Positions 27,573 through 38,882 of a stretch of DNA of 64,000 nucleotides are shown one piece after another (position 1 is the first letter of the stretch; every line of letters begins with the position of its first letter). A program made the position numbers and the translations under genes. Below the pieces are notes generated by a model. That model was not told the DNA's origin. It saw only the letters and a list, made by a program, of their open reading frames with translations, and made no database searches. The stretch lies in contig JAUNDI010000006.1 in the NCBI GenBank assembly GCA_030526155.1, positions 16,426-80,425 on the forward strand, in the 5' to 3' direction. The stretch comes from Bacteroidia bacterium. GTDB taxonomy: Bacteria; Bacteroidota; Bacteroidia; Bacteroidales; Marinilabiliaceae.

Positions 27573-30410
27573 TTATAGCTTACGAGAAACCTCTATCTGC
27601 TCGTATGCCTCAATAATATCACCTACTTGGATATCGTTGTAGTTTTCAATGTTCATACCACAATCGAGACCAGCAACAACCTCCTTAACGTCGTCCTTAA
27701 ATCGCTTGAGCGAGCCAAGAGCACCTTCATGAACAACAATACCATCACGGATGACACGTACCTTAGATTTGCTCTTAACCTTACCCTCGTTAACGATACA
27801 TCCAGCAATTGTACCAACCTTAGATATCTTGAATGTCTCACGGATCTCGAGAGTACCAGTAACCTGCTCCTTAATCTCAGGAGAGAGCATACCCTCCATA
27901 GCATCCTTCAACTCCTCGATAGCATCATAGATGATTGAGTAGAGACGGATATCAATCTTATTGGTCTCAGCCAACTTCTTAGCTGCTGCAGAAGGACGTA
28001 CTTGGAAGCCAACGATAATAGCATCTGAAGCGATAGCCATATTAACATCAGTCTCAGAAATCTGACCTACTGCCTTATGGATGATATTTACTTGAATCTC
28101 CTCTGTAGACATTCTCTGGAACTGCTCTGACAAAGCCTCGATAGAACCATCAACATCACCCTTAATAACGATATTAAGCTCCTTGAAGTTGCCGATAGCA
28201 ATACGACGACCAATCTCATCCAATGTCATGTGAGGTTTAGCATTCAATGCATGCTCACGCTGCAACTGCTCACGCTTCTGAGCAAACTCCTTAGCCTCGC
28301 GCTCGTCCTCGAATACGTTGAACTTCTCACCAGCCTGTGGTGCACCATTCAAACCGAGTACCAAAACTGGCTCGGAAGGACCAGCCTTCTCTACCTTTTG
28401 GTTACGCTCGTTGAACATGGCCTTAACACGTCCATAATGAGAACCGCAGACCATCATATCACCTACGCGCAATGTACCATTTGATACAAGCATTGTAGCT
28501 TGGTAACCACGACCCTTATCAAGAGAAGACTCGATAACGTTACCTACTGCACGACGGTTAGGATTAGCCTTAAGCTCCATAATATCTGCCTCAAGAAGTA
28601 CCTTCTCCAAGAGAGCCTCTACATTCAAGCCCTTCTTAGCTGAAATCTCTTGACACTGGTACTTACCGCCCCACTCCTCTACGAGGTAGTTCATGTTAGC
28701 CAAAGCCTCACGAATCTTGTCTGGGTTAGCACCTGGCTTATCAATCTTGTTGATAGCAAACACGATAGGCACATTTGCTGCTGCTGCATGGTTGATAGCC
28801 TCTACTGTCTGAGGCATCACGCTATCATCAGCCGCTACGATGATAATAGCGATATCTGTTACCTGAGCACCGCGAGCACGCATAGCGGTAAACGCCTCGT
28901 GACCTGGTGTATCGAGGAATGTGATATGACGACCATTAGGTAGCTTAACATTGTATGCACCGATATGCTGAGTAATACCACCAGCCTCACCAGAGATTAC
29001 ATTAGTCTTTCTGATGTAGTCGAGCAAAGATGTCTTACCGTGGTCTACGTGACCCATCACTGTTACGATAGGAGGACGCTCCTCGAGTTCGCTCTCATCA
29101 TCAACTTCATCCTCTACTGCAGAAGCCGACTCAACGCTGATAAATTCAACCTTAAAGCCATACTCCTCAGCTACGATAGCCATTGACTCAGCGTCGAGAC
29201 GCTGGTTAATAGATACGAACATACCGAGGGTCATGAATGTACCGATAACCTTAGTAACAGGAACATTCATCATCTGAGCCAACTCATTAGTTGTTACGAA
29301 CTCAGTAACGCGGAGGATTGACTTCTCCTCCTCCAATCTCTCTAGCTCCTCAGCCTCGCGCTCGCTGACAGCTTGACGCTTCTCGCGGCGGTGCTTAGAA
29401 GTTTGTGTTTTGGCACCTTGATTTGTAAGACGAGCAAGAGTCTCCTTAACCTGCTTCTGTACATCCTCGTCACTTACCTCGGTACGTACAGGTACCTTAG
29501 AGCGTTTCTTGTCCTTCTTATTGCCGCCACCCTGTTGGTTATTATTCTGACCATGCTGCTTATTGCCTTGGCCATTATTATTACCACCATTCTGGCGACC
29601 CTTCTCGGCGTCCTTTTTATTCTTAAGGGTAGCGTTTACTTGGTTGATAGTCTGACTAGAAGTCACGTCAACCTTCTCGCCACCATTCTTAATACGCTTA
29701 CGCTTTTGCTTTTTATTATTGCGGTCGTTACCTGGGCGTGAAGCCTCAACAGGCAACTCGATTTTACCTAATACCTTAGGACCGCTAAGCTTCTCAGGAG
29801 TATTGTAACGGAATACCTCTGGCTCAGCTGGAGTTTTATCCTCAACAGGAGTTGGTGCAGGTTGTTCGGCAGGAGTAGTTTCAACTTTTTTCACTTCAAC
29901 CTTCTGCTCAGGCTTTACCTTTGGCTCTGCAGGCTTTGTCTCTTGCTTTGGAGCAGGAGCTGGCTTCTTCTCCTCAACTGGTTTTGGAGCCTCAACCTTA
30001 GACTCTGTTTTAGGTGCAGGAGCTGGAACTGGCTTCTCCTCTACCTTAGGTGTAGGAGTTGGAGCCGCTGTTTGTTTAACTTCTGGTTTAGATGGGTTAA
30101 GATCTATCTTACCCAATACCTTAGGACCCTTCAATGTCTCTCTAGGTACGATTTCAGAGTCTACTGTAGGATCTATAGATACTGTCTCCTTCTTTGGCTT
30201 ATGGCGCTGTTCCTCGCCGATACGCTCACTTTGCTCCTTGACATTTTTATCCTTGCTATACTCCTTTTTTAGCATAGCATAAACATCCTCTGGAACCTTA
30301 GAGTTGATAGTATACTCTTCCTTATAGCCCTTCTTATGAAGAAAGTCTATAATCGTAGTTGCTCCTACGTTAAACTCACTTGCAATATTACTTATTCTTG
30401 CTCCTGCCAT
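27573..30410 (-). CDS. infB: Translation initiation factor IF-2
   Basis: GTPase motifs [14 protein letters not shown] and NKID, with a low-complexity K/P/A/E and N/Q/G-rich N-terminal region. I chose the ATG at 30410; the track start is a TTG 6 nt upstream. Confidence 0.95.
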   Translation of the reverse strand: MAGARISNIASEFNVGATTIIDFLHKKGYKEEYTINSKVPEDVYAMLKKEYSKDKNVKEQSERIGEEQRHKPKKETVSIDPTVDSEIVPRETLKGPKVLGKIDLNPSKPEVKQTAAPTPTPKVEEKPVPAPAPKTESKVEAPKPVEEKKPAPAPKQETKPAEPKVKPEQKVEVKKVETTPAEQPAPTPVEDKTPAEPEVFRYNTPEKLSGPKVLGKIELPVEASRPGNDRNNKKQKRKRIKNGGEKVDVTSSQTINQVNATLKNKKDAEKGRQNGGNNNGQGNKQHGQNNNQQGGGNKKDKKRSKVPVRTEVSDEDVQKQVKETLARLTNQGAKTQTSKHRREKRQAVSEREAEELERLEEEKSILRVTEFVTTNELAQMMNVPVTKVIGTFMTLGMFVSINQRLDAESMAIVAEEYGFKVEFISVESASAVEDEVDDESELEERPPIVTVMGHVDHGKTSLLDYIRKTNVISGEAGGITQHIGAYNVKLPNGRHITFLDTPGHEAFTAMRARGAQVTDIAIIIVAADDSVMPQTVEAINHAAAANVPIVFAINKIDKPGANPDKIREALANMNYLVEEWGGKYQCQEISAKKGLNVEALLEKVLLEADIMELKANPNRRAVGNVIESSLDKGRGYQATMLVSNGTLRVGDMMVCGSHYGRVKAMFNERNQKVEKAGPSEPVLVLGLNGAPQAGEKFNVFEDEREAKEFAQKREQLQREHALNAKPHMTLDEIGRRIAIGNFKELNIVIKGDVDGSIEALSEQFQRMSTEEIQVNIIHKAVGQISETDVNMAIASDAIIVGFQVRPSAAAKKLAETNKIDIRLYSIIYDAIEELKDAMEGMLSPEIKEQVTGTLEIRETFKISKVGTIAGCIVNEGKVKSKSKVRVIRDGIVVHEGALGSLKRFKDDVKEVVAGLDCGMNIENYNDIQVGDIIEAYEQIEVSRKL

Positions 30411-30421
30411 CTGCAATAATA

Positions 30422-31654
30422 TTAATTCTCAAACTCAGCTTTTAGTATATTCAATACATCCTCGATTGTCTCGTCCTCGAGGTCGGTACGACGTGACAAC
30501 TCTTCAAATCCCAACTCGAGTACAGCCTTAGCTGTATCGCAACCGATAGACTTAAGGATATCGATTACCCATGGCTCGATATCATCAGCAAACTCATCGA
30601 GGAGTACATCCTCGTCGTCACCCATAGCCTGCTCACGGAATACGTCGATTTCGTAGCCTACAAGCTGGATAGCAAGCTTAATGTTGCTACCACCCTTACC
30701 GATAGCCATAGATACCTCCTCTGGATCGAGGTATACCTCAGCTCTCTTCTCAGCCTCATGGATAACCATAGAGTTGATCTTAGCTGGGCTAAGAGCGCGT
30801 TGGATGTAGAGTTGTGTATTTGTTGTATAGTTAATAACGTCGATACTCTCGTTATGAAGTTCGCGTACGATGCTATGGATACGAGAACCCTTCATACCCA
30901 CACATGCGCCAACTGGGTCGATACGATCGTCATAAGACTCTACGGCCACCTTAGCGCGCTCGCCAGGCATACGTACGATCTTATGGATAGTAATCAAGCC
31001 ATCGTAGATCTCAGGCACCTCAGCCTCGAAGAGACGTTGGAGGAACATAGGAGATGTACGAGAAAGGATGATAAGAGGAGAGTTATTCTTCACCTCTACA
31101 CGTACTACTACGGCACGCAATGTATCGCCCTTACGGAAGAAGTCAGAAGGGATCTGCTCATTCTTAGGCAATATAAGATCGTTACCATCGTCGTCGCGAA
31201 CGAGCACCTCGCGCTTCCACACTTGGTAAACCTCGCCTACTACGATTTGACCAATACGATCTTTGTAAAGTTGGTATATAGCGTCACGCTCCAACTCCAT
31301 AATACTACCCGACAAGCTCTGGCGCAAGCCCAAGATATGGCGACGGCCGAAATCAGCCATCTTCACCTCGTCAGTAACCTCTTCACCCAACTCGAAGTCG
31401 GCATCGATAGCCTTAGCTTCAGACAAAGAGATCTGCAAGTTAGAATCCTCAACCTTATCATCCTCTACGACAATACGCTTACGAAGGATCTCGAAGTCGC
31501 CCTTGTCTGTATTGATAATGATACTGAAGTTTTGGTCTGTTCCATACTGCTTTACAAGAACAGCGCGGAATGCATCTTCCAAGATACGAATAAGAGTCGC
31601 ACGGTCGATGTTCTTCAGATCTTTGAATTCGGAGAAAGTATCCAGCAAATTCAT
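30422..31654 (-). CDS. nusA: Transcription termination/antitermination factor NusA
   Basis: 410 aa with S1 and KH domains ([22 protein letters not shown]). It lies between rimP and infB. Confidence 0.95.
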   Translation of the reverse strand: MNLLDTFSEFKDLKNIDRATLIRILEDAFRAVLVKQYGTDQNFSIIINTDKGDFEILRKRIVVEDDKVEDSNLQISLSEAKAIDADFELGEEVTDEVKMADFGRRHILGLRQSLSGSIMELERDAIYQLYKDRIGQIVVGEVYQVWKREVLVRDDDGNDLILPKNEQIPSDFFRKGDTLRAVVVRVEVKNNSPLIILSRTSPMFLQRLFEAEVPEIYDGLITIHKIVRMPGERAKVAVESYDDRIDPVGACVGMKGSRIHSIVRELHNESIDVINYTTNTQLYIQRALSPAKINSMVIHEAEKRAEVYLDPEEVSMAIGKGGSNIKLAIQLVGYEIDVFREQAMGDDEDVLLDEFADDIEPWVIDILKSIGCDTAKAVLELGFEELSRRTDLEDETIEDVLNILKAEFEN

Positions 31655-31665
31655 ATTAGTCGATT

Positions 31666-32136
31666 TTATTTGAACGATATTATATCTTTTACATTTTTCA
31701 CGTCGGAATAGCCGAGTTGAATTTGTTTAACTTGGAGTTGTTTTTTCTTTTGCCCCTCCACCTTAACCATTTCAGAAGTCTCGACTACGAAAGCATTCTC
31801 GTCGGCAGAAACTAGCACACCCTTGATATGCGAACCATTAGGGTATGTAACCTCCACCTCGTTGCCTATGTTCTTCTTGTATTGGCCGAGTACTTTAAAC
31901 TCGCAACCGATACCTGCGCTTGACACTTCGAGAGAATAATCCTCCTTATCTCTATCGAAAGCGCCTTCGATGAGTCCGTTCAACTCAATACAATAATCGA
32001 TAGAGACGCCTTTATTGCTATCTACTACGAGACGGATATCATTTTCTGGGGATACCGTTAGCTCAACGATGAAGCACTCATCTGCCTCTAGTTTGGCGCC
32101 TATCAGTTTTTGTATATCATCTACTTTTATCATCAC
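31666..32136 (-). CDS. rimP: Ribosome maturation factor RimP
   Basis: 156 aa in the conserved position upstream of nusA, with a LEVSSAG-type motif. Confidence 0.88.
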   Translation of the reverse strand: MMIKVDDIQKLIGAKLEADECFIVELTVSPENDIRLVVDSNKGVSIDYCIELNGLIEGAFDRDKEDYSLEVSSAGIGCEFKVLGQYKKNIGNEVEVTYPNGSHIKGVLVSADENAFVVETSEMVKVEGQKKKQLQVKQIQLGYSDVKNVKDIISFK

Positions 32137-32164
32137 TCATTACTTAGTTATGTGTAACAAAATA

Positions 32165-32181
32165 GGCGACCACGGGTCGCC
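32165..32181 (-). promoter_or_regulatory. Terminator-like hairpin in the predicted rimP-nusA-infB leader
   Basis: GGCGACC acg GGTCGCC forms a perfect 7-bp GC-rich stem, followed on the minus strand by CTATTTTGTT. It lies between the -7 box (32211-32218) and the rimP ATG (32136). Confidence 0.4.
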
Positions 32182-32210
32182 CAAAATGGTAGATACTATT
32201 TTGTTGGGTG

Positions 32211-32218
32211 CAAATATA
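32211..32218 (-). promoter_or_regulatory. -7 promoter box TATATTTG for rimP-nusA-infB
   Basis: Exact TAnnTTTG on the minus strand, 75 nt upstream of the rimP ATG. Confidence 0.5.
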
Positions 32219-32443
32219 ATATCAATTCTAGCGAAAAGCAAATTTTTCGCACATATTCTATTTGGGTCGAACCTGTCGAACAATCCTCGATAATGAAAAT
32301 CTACGACAAATTAAGATAAATTGTTCCAAAACCCGCCTAAAAGTCGCTTTTGGGTAGAATTTGTATTAAGCCTGTATATAGCGAGGTATGAGCGAGGTTA
32401 GCGGAAATTATTATTATCGATAATTATATATACCCTAAAGCAA

Positions 32444-33643
32444 CTAACTTATCCTCTGCTGCTCATATTTGAGAGCAACATACCACTTAAACCAAGCCCA
32501 ACTAACGACAGCTAAGAGAGCGCCACAGATATAGGCCATAGCGAACCCTATAAATTCAACCATTGTTCCACCGATAGCCAAACCTAAGCCAATACCCACA
32601 TCCCAGGAGGTAAGATAAGTTGACACTGCCGTTCCGCGCTGCTTATTTGGTGCGAGCGAAACGAAGTAGTTGTTATACGCAGGGAACATAACACCAAAAC
32701 AGACGCCCATAAGAAGAGCCGCTGTAAGGAATATGACACTTACCCAAGTTGACAATGTTCCCCCATTCAAGAAACCACAGATTCCCAACAAGCCAAAAAC
32801 GACTATACACGAGAAGGAGCTCCACTCTATCAGCTTAGCAGTATAGCCCTTGTCGACCCATTTGCCTGAGAATATTCTAGACGACGCTATGCCGATAGCC
32901 ATCAACGAAAAGAATAGGCCAGAGCTAATATTAACATTAAGCTCTAGAGCATACATAGCGATATATGTCGTCGTCAAGCCATAAGGAATAGAGAGCAACA
33001 TAAGAGCCAATCCGCCAGGAATGCCACGAAGAAGGATAAATCTATCGAGCGACAAAGGTGGTCGCTGCACTAGAGGGCGCACCTTAGTCTTTATCAAACT
33101 AGCACAAAACAGCCCCAAGGCACAAACACCCACAGCCGTAAGAAATATCACCTCAAACGAAAAGACGCCATGCATAAAGAGTCCGACCATAGGTCCCACG
33201 CACATAGCAAAATTGTTAGCCATTCCATAATAACCAACACCCTCGCCTCGACGCTCTGACGGCAGAATATCAATCACTATTGTATTACCACCCACAGTCA
33301 CCATTCCAAAAGCGAAACCATGAAGGACACGCATGATGACGAAAACCGCTAAGCACCACGCCGCTATGTAGCCACCAAACATTAGGGTAAAGACCACATA
33401 AGCCGCCATATATAAAGGCTTACGTTGGAAAGCATCGAGCAGATATCCCGAGAAAGGACGAATAACGAGAGCTGCTATGGTATAGCACGACAAGACCACA
33501 CCTATTGTTGCCTTGTCAGCCCCGAAAGATTCAGAGAGATAGAATGGGAATATTGGCAATAGCAGATAGAAACCTAGGTATAGGAGAAAATTTGCTGCCA
33601 ATATTAGTATAAAATCTCTAGAAAATAACTTACTCTTAGACAT
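32444..33643 (-). CDS. MFS transporter
   Basis: About 12 TM segments with the MFS loop motif (D..QRKPLY). I chose the ATG at 33643 (MSKSKLFSRDF..) rather than the extended track start. Confidence 0.85.
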   Translation of the reverse strand: MSKSKLFSRDFILILAANFLLYLGFYLLLPIFPFYLSESFGADKATIGVVLSCYTIAALVIRPFSGYLLDAFQRKPLYMAAYVVFTLMFGGYIAAWCLAVFVIMRVLHGFAFGMVTVGGNTIVIDILPSERRGEGVGYYGMANNFAMCVGPMVGLFMHGVFSFEVIFLTAVGVCALGLFCASLIKTKVRPLVQRPPLSLDRFILLRGIPGGLALMLLSIPYGLTTTYIAMYALELNVNISSGLFFSLMAIGIASSRIFSGKWVDKGYTAKLIEWSSFSCIVVFGLLGICGFLNGGTLSTWVSVIFLTAALLMGVCFGVMFPAYNNYFVSLAPNKQRGTAVSTYLTSWDVGIGLGLAIGGTMVEFIGFAMAYICGALLAVVSWAWFKWYVALKYEQQRIS

Positions 33644-33774
33644 TATATGGTCATCAGTAAAGCCCATAAAATAGCAAAACCAAACAACATTTCTGCTGTT
33701 TGGCATATGCTATATCCTTACGGAATGTTTTCTTTGTCTTCTCCGCATTGCTTTGCAATGGGAAATGGCGACTC

Positions 33775-34029
33775 TTAAGCCATCTTGTTAACGAACTTAG
33801 CCAACTTAGACTTGATATTGCCTGCCTTGTTCTTGTGGATAATGTTACGCTTAGCGAGCTTATCCAACATTGAAGCTACCTTTGGAAGGAGCTCAATAGC
33901 AGCAGCCTTATCAGTAGTCTGACGGAGAGCCTTCACTGCGTTACGTGTTGTCTTAGCATAGTAACGATTGTGAAGTCTACGCTTCTCGATCTGGCGTGTT
34001 CTCTTGATTGCAGATTTATGATTAGCCAT
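33775..34029 (-). CDS. rpsT: 30S ribosomal protein S20
   Basis: 84 aa beginning [16 protein letters not shown], typical of S20. Confidence 0.95.
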   Translation of the reverse strand: MANHKSAIKRTRQIEKRRLHNRYYAKTTRNAVKALRQTTDKAAAIELLPKVASMLDKLAKRNIIHKNKAGNIKSKLAKFVNKMA

Positions 34030-34066
34030 TTTACTATTAGTTTATTACTTGAACTATTAATTCTTG

Positions 34067-34138
34067 TAGTCCCAAGGGGAATCGAACCCCTCTTTAGAGA
34101 ATGAAAATCTCTCGTCCTAACCGATAGACGATGGGACC
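34067..34138 (-). tRNA. tRNA-Glu (anticodon TTC)
   Basis: The hand-folded cloverleaf has acceptor GGTCCCA/TGGGACT, anticodon stem AGAGA/TCTCT with loop TTTTCAT, and T-arm GGGGT TCGATTC CCCCT. No CCA is encoded. Confidence 0.9.
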
Positions 34139-34179
34139 GCCTACTATAACAGAACTAGGTTTTCCCTAATTTTGCGGTG

Positions 34180-34187
34180 CAAAGGTA
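34180..34187 (-). promoter_or_regulatory. -7 promoter box TACCTTTG for tRNA-Glu (and possibly rpsT)
   Basis: Exact TAnnTTTG on the minus strand, 42 nt upstream of the tRNA 5' end. Confidence 0.55.
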
Positions 34188-34220
34188 AAACACTTTTTTT
34201 TTAGTTGCAAGTGTTTTACC
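34184..34220 (-). terminator. Hairpin after metG that overlaps the tRNA-Glu promoter box
   Basis: GGTAAAACACTT (34184-34195) pairs with AAGTGTTTTACC (34209-34220) as a perfect 12-bp stem. The minus-strand 3' flank is TTTGCACC. The + strand flank TATTTTTT is the better U-tract. Confidence 0.5.
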
Positions 34221-34242
34221 TATTTTTTACTATTATAAAGTG

Positions 34243-36288
34243 TTAAGATACCTTACTACCAGGTTTCACCTCGACACTTGGGCTGCAGACAACTAGCTTT
34301 CCGTCAGCGTCTACGGCACTAAGAATCATACCCTGGCTCTCGACACCTTTAAGCTTCCTTGGAGCGAAGTTGGCAATAAATAGCACCTCTTTACCGATAA
34401 GATCCTCAGGGTTATAGAATTTAGCTATACCTGATACGATAGTACGACCACCCATACCATCATCTATCTTGAATTGAAGGAGTTTGTCGGCCTTTGGCAC
34501 CTTTTGACAATCGAGTACCTTACCCACACGGATATCCACCTTCTCGAAAGTCTCGAAATCTACTGTAGGAGCTATAGGCTCTGGCTTAAAGCTCTCAGCC
34601 TCGTTGGCCTTCTTGATATCCTCGAGGCGCTTCATCTGAGCATCGATAACATCATCCTCAATCTTTTCGAAGAGAAGTTCAGGCTTCTCGGTCAAGTGAC
34701 CCACTGGGAGAATATCTATATTACCGAGCATATTCCAATCTGCCTCACCCATAGCAAGCATCTTACGAAGCTTAGCAGACGAGAATGGTAGGAATGGCTC
34801 GAATACGATAGCTAGGTTAGCTGCGATTTGAATAGAGATATTCATGATAGTCTCTACGCGAGCCATATCTGTCTTAGCTACCTTCCAAGGCTCGTTATCT
34901 GCGAGATACTTATTACCGATACGAGCGAGATTCATAGCCTCTTTCTGAGCATCACGGAAACGGAACACATCGAGAAGAGCCTCTACTTGCTTTCTTACCT
35001 CGGCAAATTCAGCAAGAGTCTGCTTATCGCCTTCGGTTAGTTCATTACGTTGAGGCACCTTGCCCTCGAAATATTTATGAGTAAGAACTATTGCACGGTT
35101 TACGAAGTTACCATAGATAGCTACTAGCTCATTATTATTACGAGCTTGGTAATCCTTCCAGGTAAAATCATTATCCTTAGTCTCAGGAGCATTAGCTGTC
35201 AACACATAACGGAGCACATCCTGCTTATATGGTATTTGCTCAAGGTATTCATGAAGCCATACTGCCCAGTTACGAGAAGTAGATATCTTATCACCTTCGA
35301 GATTAAGGAACTCATTAGAAGGGACATTATCTGGGAGATTATATTCACCATGCGCCTTAAGCATAGCAGGGAAGACGATACAGTGGAATACAATATTATC
35401 CTTACCGATGAAGTGGAGCATACGTGTCTCTGGATCCTTCCACCAAGTCTCCCATGTATCAGGGAGAAGCTCCTTAGTGTTACTGATATAACCGATAGGA
35501 GCATCGAACCATACATAAAGCACCTTGCCCTCTGCACCCTCTACTGGCACTGGGATACCCCAATTAAGGTCGCGAGTTACAGCACGAGGCTTCAACCCAG
35601 TATCGAGCCAGCTCTTACACTGCCCATATACATTTGAGCGCCACTCCTTATGTTCGTTAAGAATCCACTGCTCAAGCCAACCTTGATATTGATCAAGAGG
35701 AAGATACCAATGTTTTGTAGTACGCTTAACGAGCTTATTGCCTGTTACGGCATTATATGGATTAATCAACTCATCAGGAGAGAGAGTTGAGCCACACTTT
35801 TCGCATTGATCTCCATAAGCATCTGCTGCATGACAACGAGGACATTCACCACGAATATTACGGTCGGTCAAGAACTCCTTAGCCTCTTCGTCATAATACT
35901 GCTCGCTCTCCATCTGAACGAACTTACCCTCGTCATTGAGCTTCTTAAAGAAATCTGAAGCCAACTGCTTATGAGTAGGAGATGTTGTGCGTGAATATAC
36001 ATCGAAAGATATACCGAAATCTTCAAAAGACTTTTTGATAAGATTATGATATCTATCTACTACATCTTGTACAGTGCATCCCTCTTTACGAGCACGAATA
36101 GTAACAGGTACGCCATGCTCGTCAGAACCACCAACGAGGAGTACCTCCTGACCTTTAAGGCGAAGGTAACGAGCGTATATATCAGCAGGGACATAAACTC
36201 CAGCCAAGTGACCAATATGGACTGGACCGTTTGCATAAGGCAAAGCAGTAGTCACCAAAGTTCTCTTAAATTTCTTCTGTTCGCTCAT
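34243..36288 (-). CDS. metG: Methionine--tRNA ligase with C-terminal tRNA-binding (Trbp111/EMAP-like) domain
   Basis: HIGH motif (PVHIGHLAG), Zn knuckle CPRC..C.KCG, and KISTSRN (KMSKS). I chose the ATG at 36288. Confidence 0.95.
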   Translation of the reverse strand: MSEQKKFKRTLVTTALPYANGPVHIGHLAGVYVPADIYARYLRLKGQEVLLVGGSDEHGVPVTIRARKEGCTVQDVVDRYHNLIKKSFEDFGISFDVYSRTTSPTHKQLASDFFKKLNDEGKFVQMESEQYYDEEAKEFLTDRNIRGECPRCHAADAYGDQCEKCGSTLSPDELINPYNAVTGNKLVKRTTKHWYLPLDQYQGWLEQWILNEHKEWRSNVYGQCKSWLDTGLKPRAVTRDLNWGIPVPVEGAEGKVLYVWFDAPIGYISNTKELLPDTWETWWKDPETRMLHFIGKDNIVFHCIVFPAMLKAHGEYNLPDNVPSNEFLNLEGDKISTSRNWAVWLHEYLEQIPYKQDVLRYVLTANAPETKDNDFTWKDYQARNNNELVAIYGNFVNRAIVLTHKYFEGKVPQRNELTEGDKQTLAEFAEVRKQVEALLDVFRFRDAQKEAMNLARIGNKYLADNEPWKVAKTDMARVETIMNISIQIAANLAIVFEPFLPFSSAKLRKMLAMGEADWNMLGNIDILPVGHLTEKPELLFEKIEDDVIDAQMKRLEDIKKANEAESFKPEPIAPTVDFETFEKVDIRVGKVLDCQKVPKADKLLQFKIDDGMGGRTIVSGIAKFYNPEDLIGKEVLFIANFAPRKLKGVESQGMILSAVDADGKLVVCSPSVEVKPGSKVS

Positions 36289-36319
36289 AATTATATTATA
36301 CAATGGGCTAAATTTCTAC

Positions 36320-37354
36320 TTATTTAATACCTCTACAATTCTTCTCCCAATTCCACGCTGATAGGAGAGTATCCTCGATAGTTGCCTCGGCCTTCCAACC
36401 GAGTTCGTTATTAGCCAAAGATGTATCGGCCCATATTTTTTCGATATCACCTTCGCGACGGCCAACGATTTTATAATTAAGTTTTACGCCTGTAGACTTT
36501 TCGAAAGCCTTTACTAACTCCATTACAGAGACGCCGCTACCTGTACCTATATTAAAGTACTCGTAGTTGGCCTTATTCTTACCACTTAGGAGACGGTCTA
36601 TAGCTACGACATGAGCCTTAGCAAGGTCTACTACATTGATAAAGTCGCGGATACATGTACCATCAGGAGTGTTATAATCGTCGCCGAAGATACTCAACTG
36701 CTCACGGATACCTGCTGCTGTTTGTGTAATATAAGGTACCAAATTGTTAGGAATACCAACTGGCGACTCACCGATAAGGGCAGAAGGGTGCGCTCCTATT
36801 GGGTTAAAATAACGCAATGCCAAGCAGTTGATGCCCAACTCTGCATTTGCCTTAGCATAGTCACGCATAATATCCTCAGCAATAGCCTTGGTATTACCGT
36901 ATGGAGATTCGGCTGGCTTACGAGGGGTATTTTCTGTTACTGGCAACTTATCTGGCTGACCATATACAGTACATGAGGAAGAGAATACAAGATTCTTTAC
37001 TCCGTATGTCTTCATACAGTCTAGAAGATTCATCAAAGAGTTGAGATTGTTTCTGTAATACTCAAGTGGCTTATATACGCTTTCGCCTACAGCCTTTAGT
37101 GCTGCGAAATGGATAATTGCCTCAATTGAAGTATATTTCTTGAAGAATGCATTAATCTTCTCAACATCGGTGAGGTCGAAGCACTCGAACTTAGGACGAA
37201 TGCCAGTAATCTTCTCAATATTATCTACAGTTTCAATCTTAGAATTACATAGATTATCTACGATTACAACATCGTAACCAGCCTGCTGTAATTCTACTAC
37301 TGTATGGGAACCAATAAAACCTGTTCCTCCTGTTACCAATATCTGCTTAGCCAT
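36320..37354 (-). CDS. galE: UDP-glucose 4-epimerase
   Basis: 344 aa with GGTGFIGSH Rossmann and YGNTK (YxxxK) catalytic motifs. Confidence 0.93.
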   Translation of the reverse strand: MAKQILVTGGTGFIGSHTVVELQQAGYDVVIVDNLCNSKIETVDNIEKITGIRPKFECFDLTDVEKINAFFKKYTSIEAIIHFAALKAVGESVYKPLEYYRNNLNSLMNLLDCMKTYGVKNLVFSSSCTVYGQPDKLPVTENTPRKPAESPYGNTKAIAEDIMRDYAKANAELGINCLALRYFNPIGAHPSALIGESPVGIPNNLVPYITQTAAGIREQLSIFGDDYNTPDGTCIRDFINVVDLAKAHVVAIDRLLSGKNKANYEYFNIGTGSGVSVMELVKAFEKSTGVKLNYKIVGRREGDIEKIWADTSLANNELGWKAEATIEDTLLSAWNWEKNCRGIK

Positions 37355-37373
37355 ACTATTGCTATTTATTGCA

Positions 37374-37381
37374 CAAAGTTA
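37374..37381 (-). promoter_or_regulatory. -7 promoter box TAACTTTG for galE
   Basis: Exact TAnnTTTG on the minus strand, 20 nt upstream of the galE ATG. Confidence 0.5.
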
Positions 37382-37383
37382 CC

Positions 37384-38688
37384 CTATTTTACTATCTCTT
37401 GCAAACGTCTATTTGCATTACGTACTATTGAGGTAGTACTATCTGTATCAAATACAGAGTTCAACCCCTGCTGTTCTTGGGCTGGGTCGCCGGTATAAGG
37501 TTGACCTAATTCCCAATATACTACACCATCAGAAACTTTAGCAGAGCCGCCCCATGCCCAGAAGTTACAACCTGCTAGTACGCCGCCTTTTTTTGCCTCC
37601 TCTACTATATAGTCGAAGACAAAACCATAATATGAGTCGCGCGCAGTAGTAGTACTCTCTCGAGAAAATTGGAAACCATCACGAGGGTAGCCGAACTCTT
37701 CCAAAACAAGAGGCTTTGAATATTTTTTTGCGAGCAAAGCGTGAGCTTCTATATACTCTACAGTATTCTTCTTAGCCTTATCAAGATTCTCAGAAAGTGT
37801 CTCCTCTGAAGCCCACCCCCAATTGTATGGCCAGATGTGTATATTCATATAATCAACATCTGGACAGCTATGGATTGTCTCGTATAGGTCTATATCTTGC
37901 TCACAACCATGCTTACCCTCGCTACCCACCGAGATAAGATGATTAGGGTCGAGTGTTCTAATTTGTTTTGCTACCGACGAAATCCATGTTACAAAAGCCT
38001 CCTTATTATCATTAGAGAAGCAACGTGGCTCATTAGCTATTTGCCATGACATGATGGCAGGATCCTCGATATAAGGCTTGCCAGTGTATCTGTTTGTTCG
38101 GCTTATTACTTTATCGACGTGATTTGCGAATAACTTCTGAGCTTCGGCCGACTTCATATATTGAGCTACATAATCCATATAAGTAGGCCAGCCATCTACT
38201 GATGGGATAGGAGCCTTGCCATAACCTGCCCATTGAAGGTAAACAGAGTATCCACCGCTCCACTCCCAAGCATTGTTGAGGTAAAGGACAGCCTTCATAT
38301 CTCTCTTTCCAAGTTCGGCCATAAGATAGTCAAGACCGTCGAATATGGTGTCATTATATACACCAGGCTCAATTTGAAGAGTTGGGCGGATTCTAGAAGG
38401 AAGGCCATTCTCGCCGTCACCTCCAACTAAGATACGAAGATTATCGACTCCCATTGATTGAAGAGAATCTAACTCAAGTGCAAGTCTATCACGATTACCA
38501 CCTTCGCCAACAGAGGCTAATATGGCACCATACCAAAAGTTAGCACCTACATAATAGTATGGATTACCAAAACGAACGAAGTGACCATTCTCTATAGAGA
38601 CAAAGTTGCTTTCCTTAGAGGAAGTCGACTGAGTACAAGAAACTGAGCCTAAAAAGAAGACTAGCGAAAGTATCAAAAATGATTTCAT
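37384..38688 (-). CDS. Secreted GH5-family glycoside hydrolase, putative endo-beta-1,4-mannanase
   Basis: Signal peptide/lipobox GSVSC. GH5 acid/base motif WQIANEP and a LEEFG-type nucleophile region are present. The substrate assignment is an inference. Confidence 0.75.
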   Translation of the reverse strand: MKSFLILSLVFFLGSVSCTQSTSSKESNFVSIENGHFVRFGNPYYYVGANFWYGAILASVGEGGNRDRLALELDSLQSMGVDNLRILVGGDGENGLPSRIRPTLQIEPGVYNDTIFDGLDYLMAELGKRDMKAVLYLNNAWEWSGGYSVYLQWAGYGKAPIPSVDGWPTYMDYVAQYMKSAEAQKLFANHVDKVISRTNRYTGKPYIEDPAIMSWQIANEPRCFSNDNKEAFVTWISSVAKQIRTLDPNHLISVGSEGKHGCEQDIDLYETIHSCPDVDYMNIHIWPYNWGWASEETLSENLDKAKKNTVEYIEAHALLAKKYSKPLVLEEFGYPRDGFQFSRESTTTARDSYYGFVFDYIVEEAKKGGVLAGCNFWAWGGSAKVSDGVVYWELGQPYTGDPAQEQQGLNSVFDTDSTTSIVRNANRRLQEIVK

Positions 38689-38840
38689 GCTTAAAATAGT
38701 TGTGATGTTACAGACTTTAATATTTGATTAAAACTCTTTAACCATAATCGGTATAACCTTCTGATATATAGGGGCGTAATAGACTACAGAAAATCTACCT
38801 TACAATTGGTTAGTTTTTTGACATGCTATGTGAATCATAT

Positions 38841-38878
38841 CGTCAATGCCGTCGTGATGATGACATTGACGTTTTTTT
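38841..38878 (+). terminator. Hairpin plus T7 run oriented for the + strand, with no + strand gene upstream
   Basis: CGTCAATG (38841-38848) pairs with CATTGACG (38864-38871), followed by TTTTTTT. It lies 5 nt beyond the ribE stop on the opposite strand. Confidence 0.4.
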
Positions 38879-38882
38879 ATGA

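Noticed and set aside
29480-30130. Repetitive DNA inside infB, encoding KP(A/E)P-rich and N/Q/G-rich stretches.
   Set aside because: It is in frame and corresponds to the variable low-complexity N-terminal region typical of IF-2. It is not an independent repeat element.
30758-31711. 317-aa ORF antisense to nusA. Other long antisense ORFs occur at 15021-15611, 17290-17838, 47149-47805, 43605-44126, 35146-35637 and 793-1281.
   Set aside because: Each lies wholly inside a confidently identified gene on the opposite strand. They have low-complexity or odd composition and no recognisable motifs. They are typical shadow ORFs of codon-biased genes.
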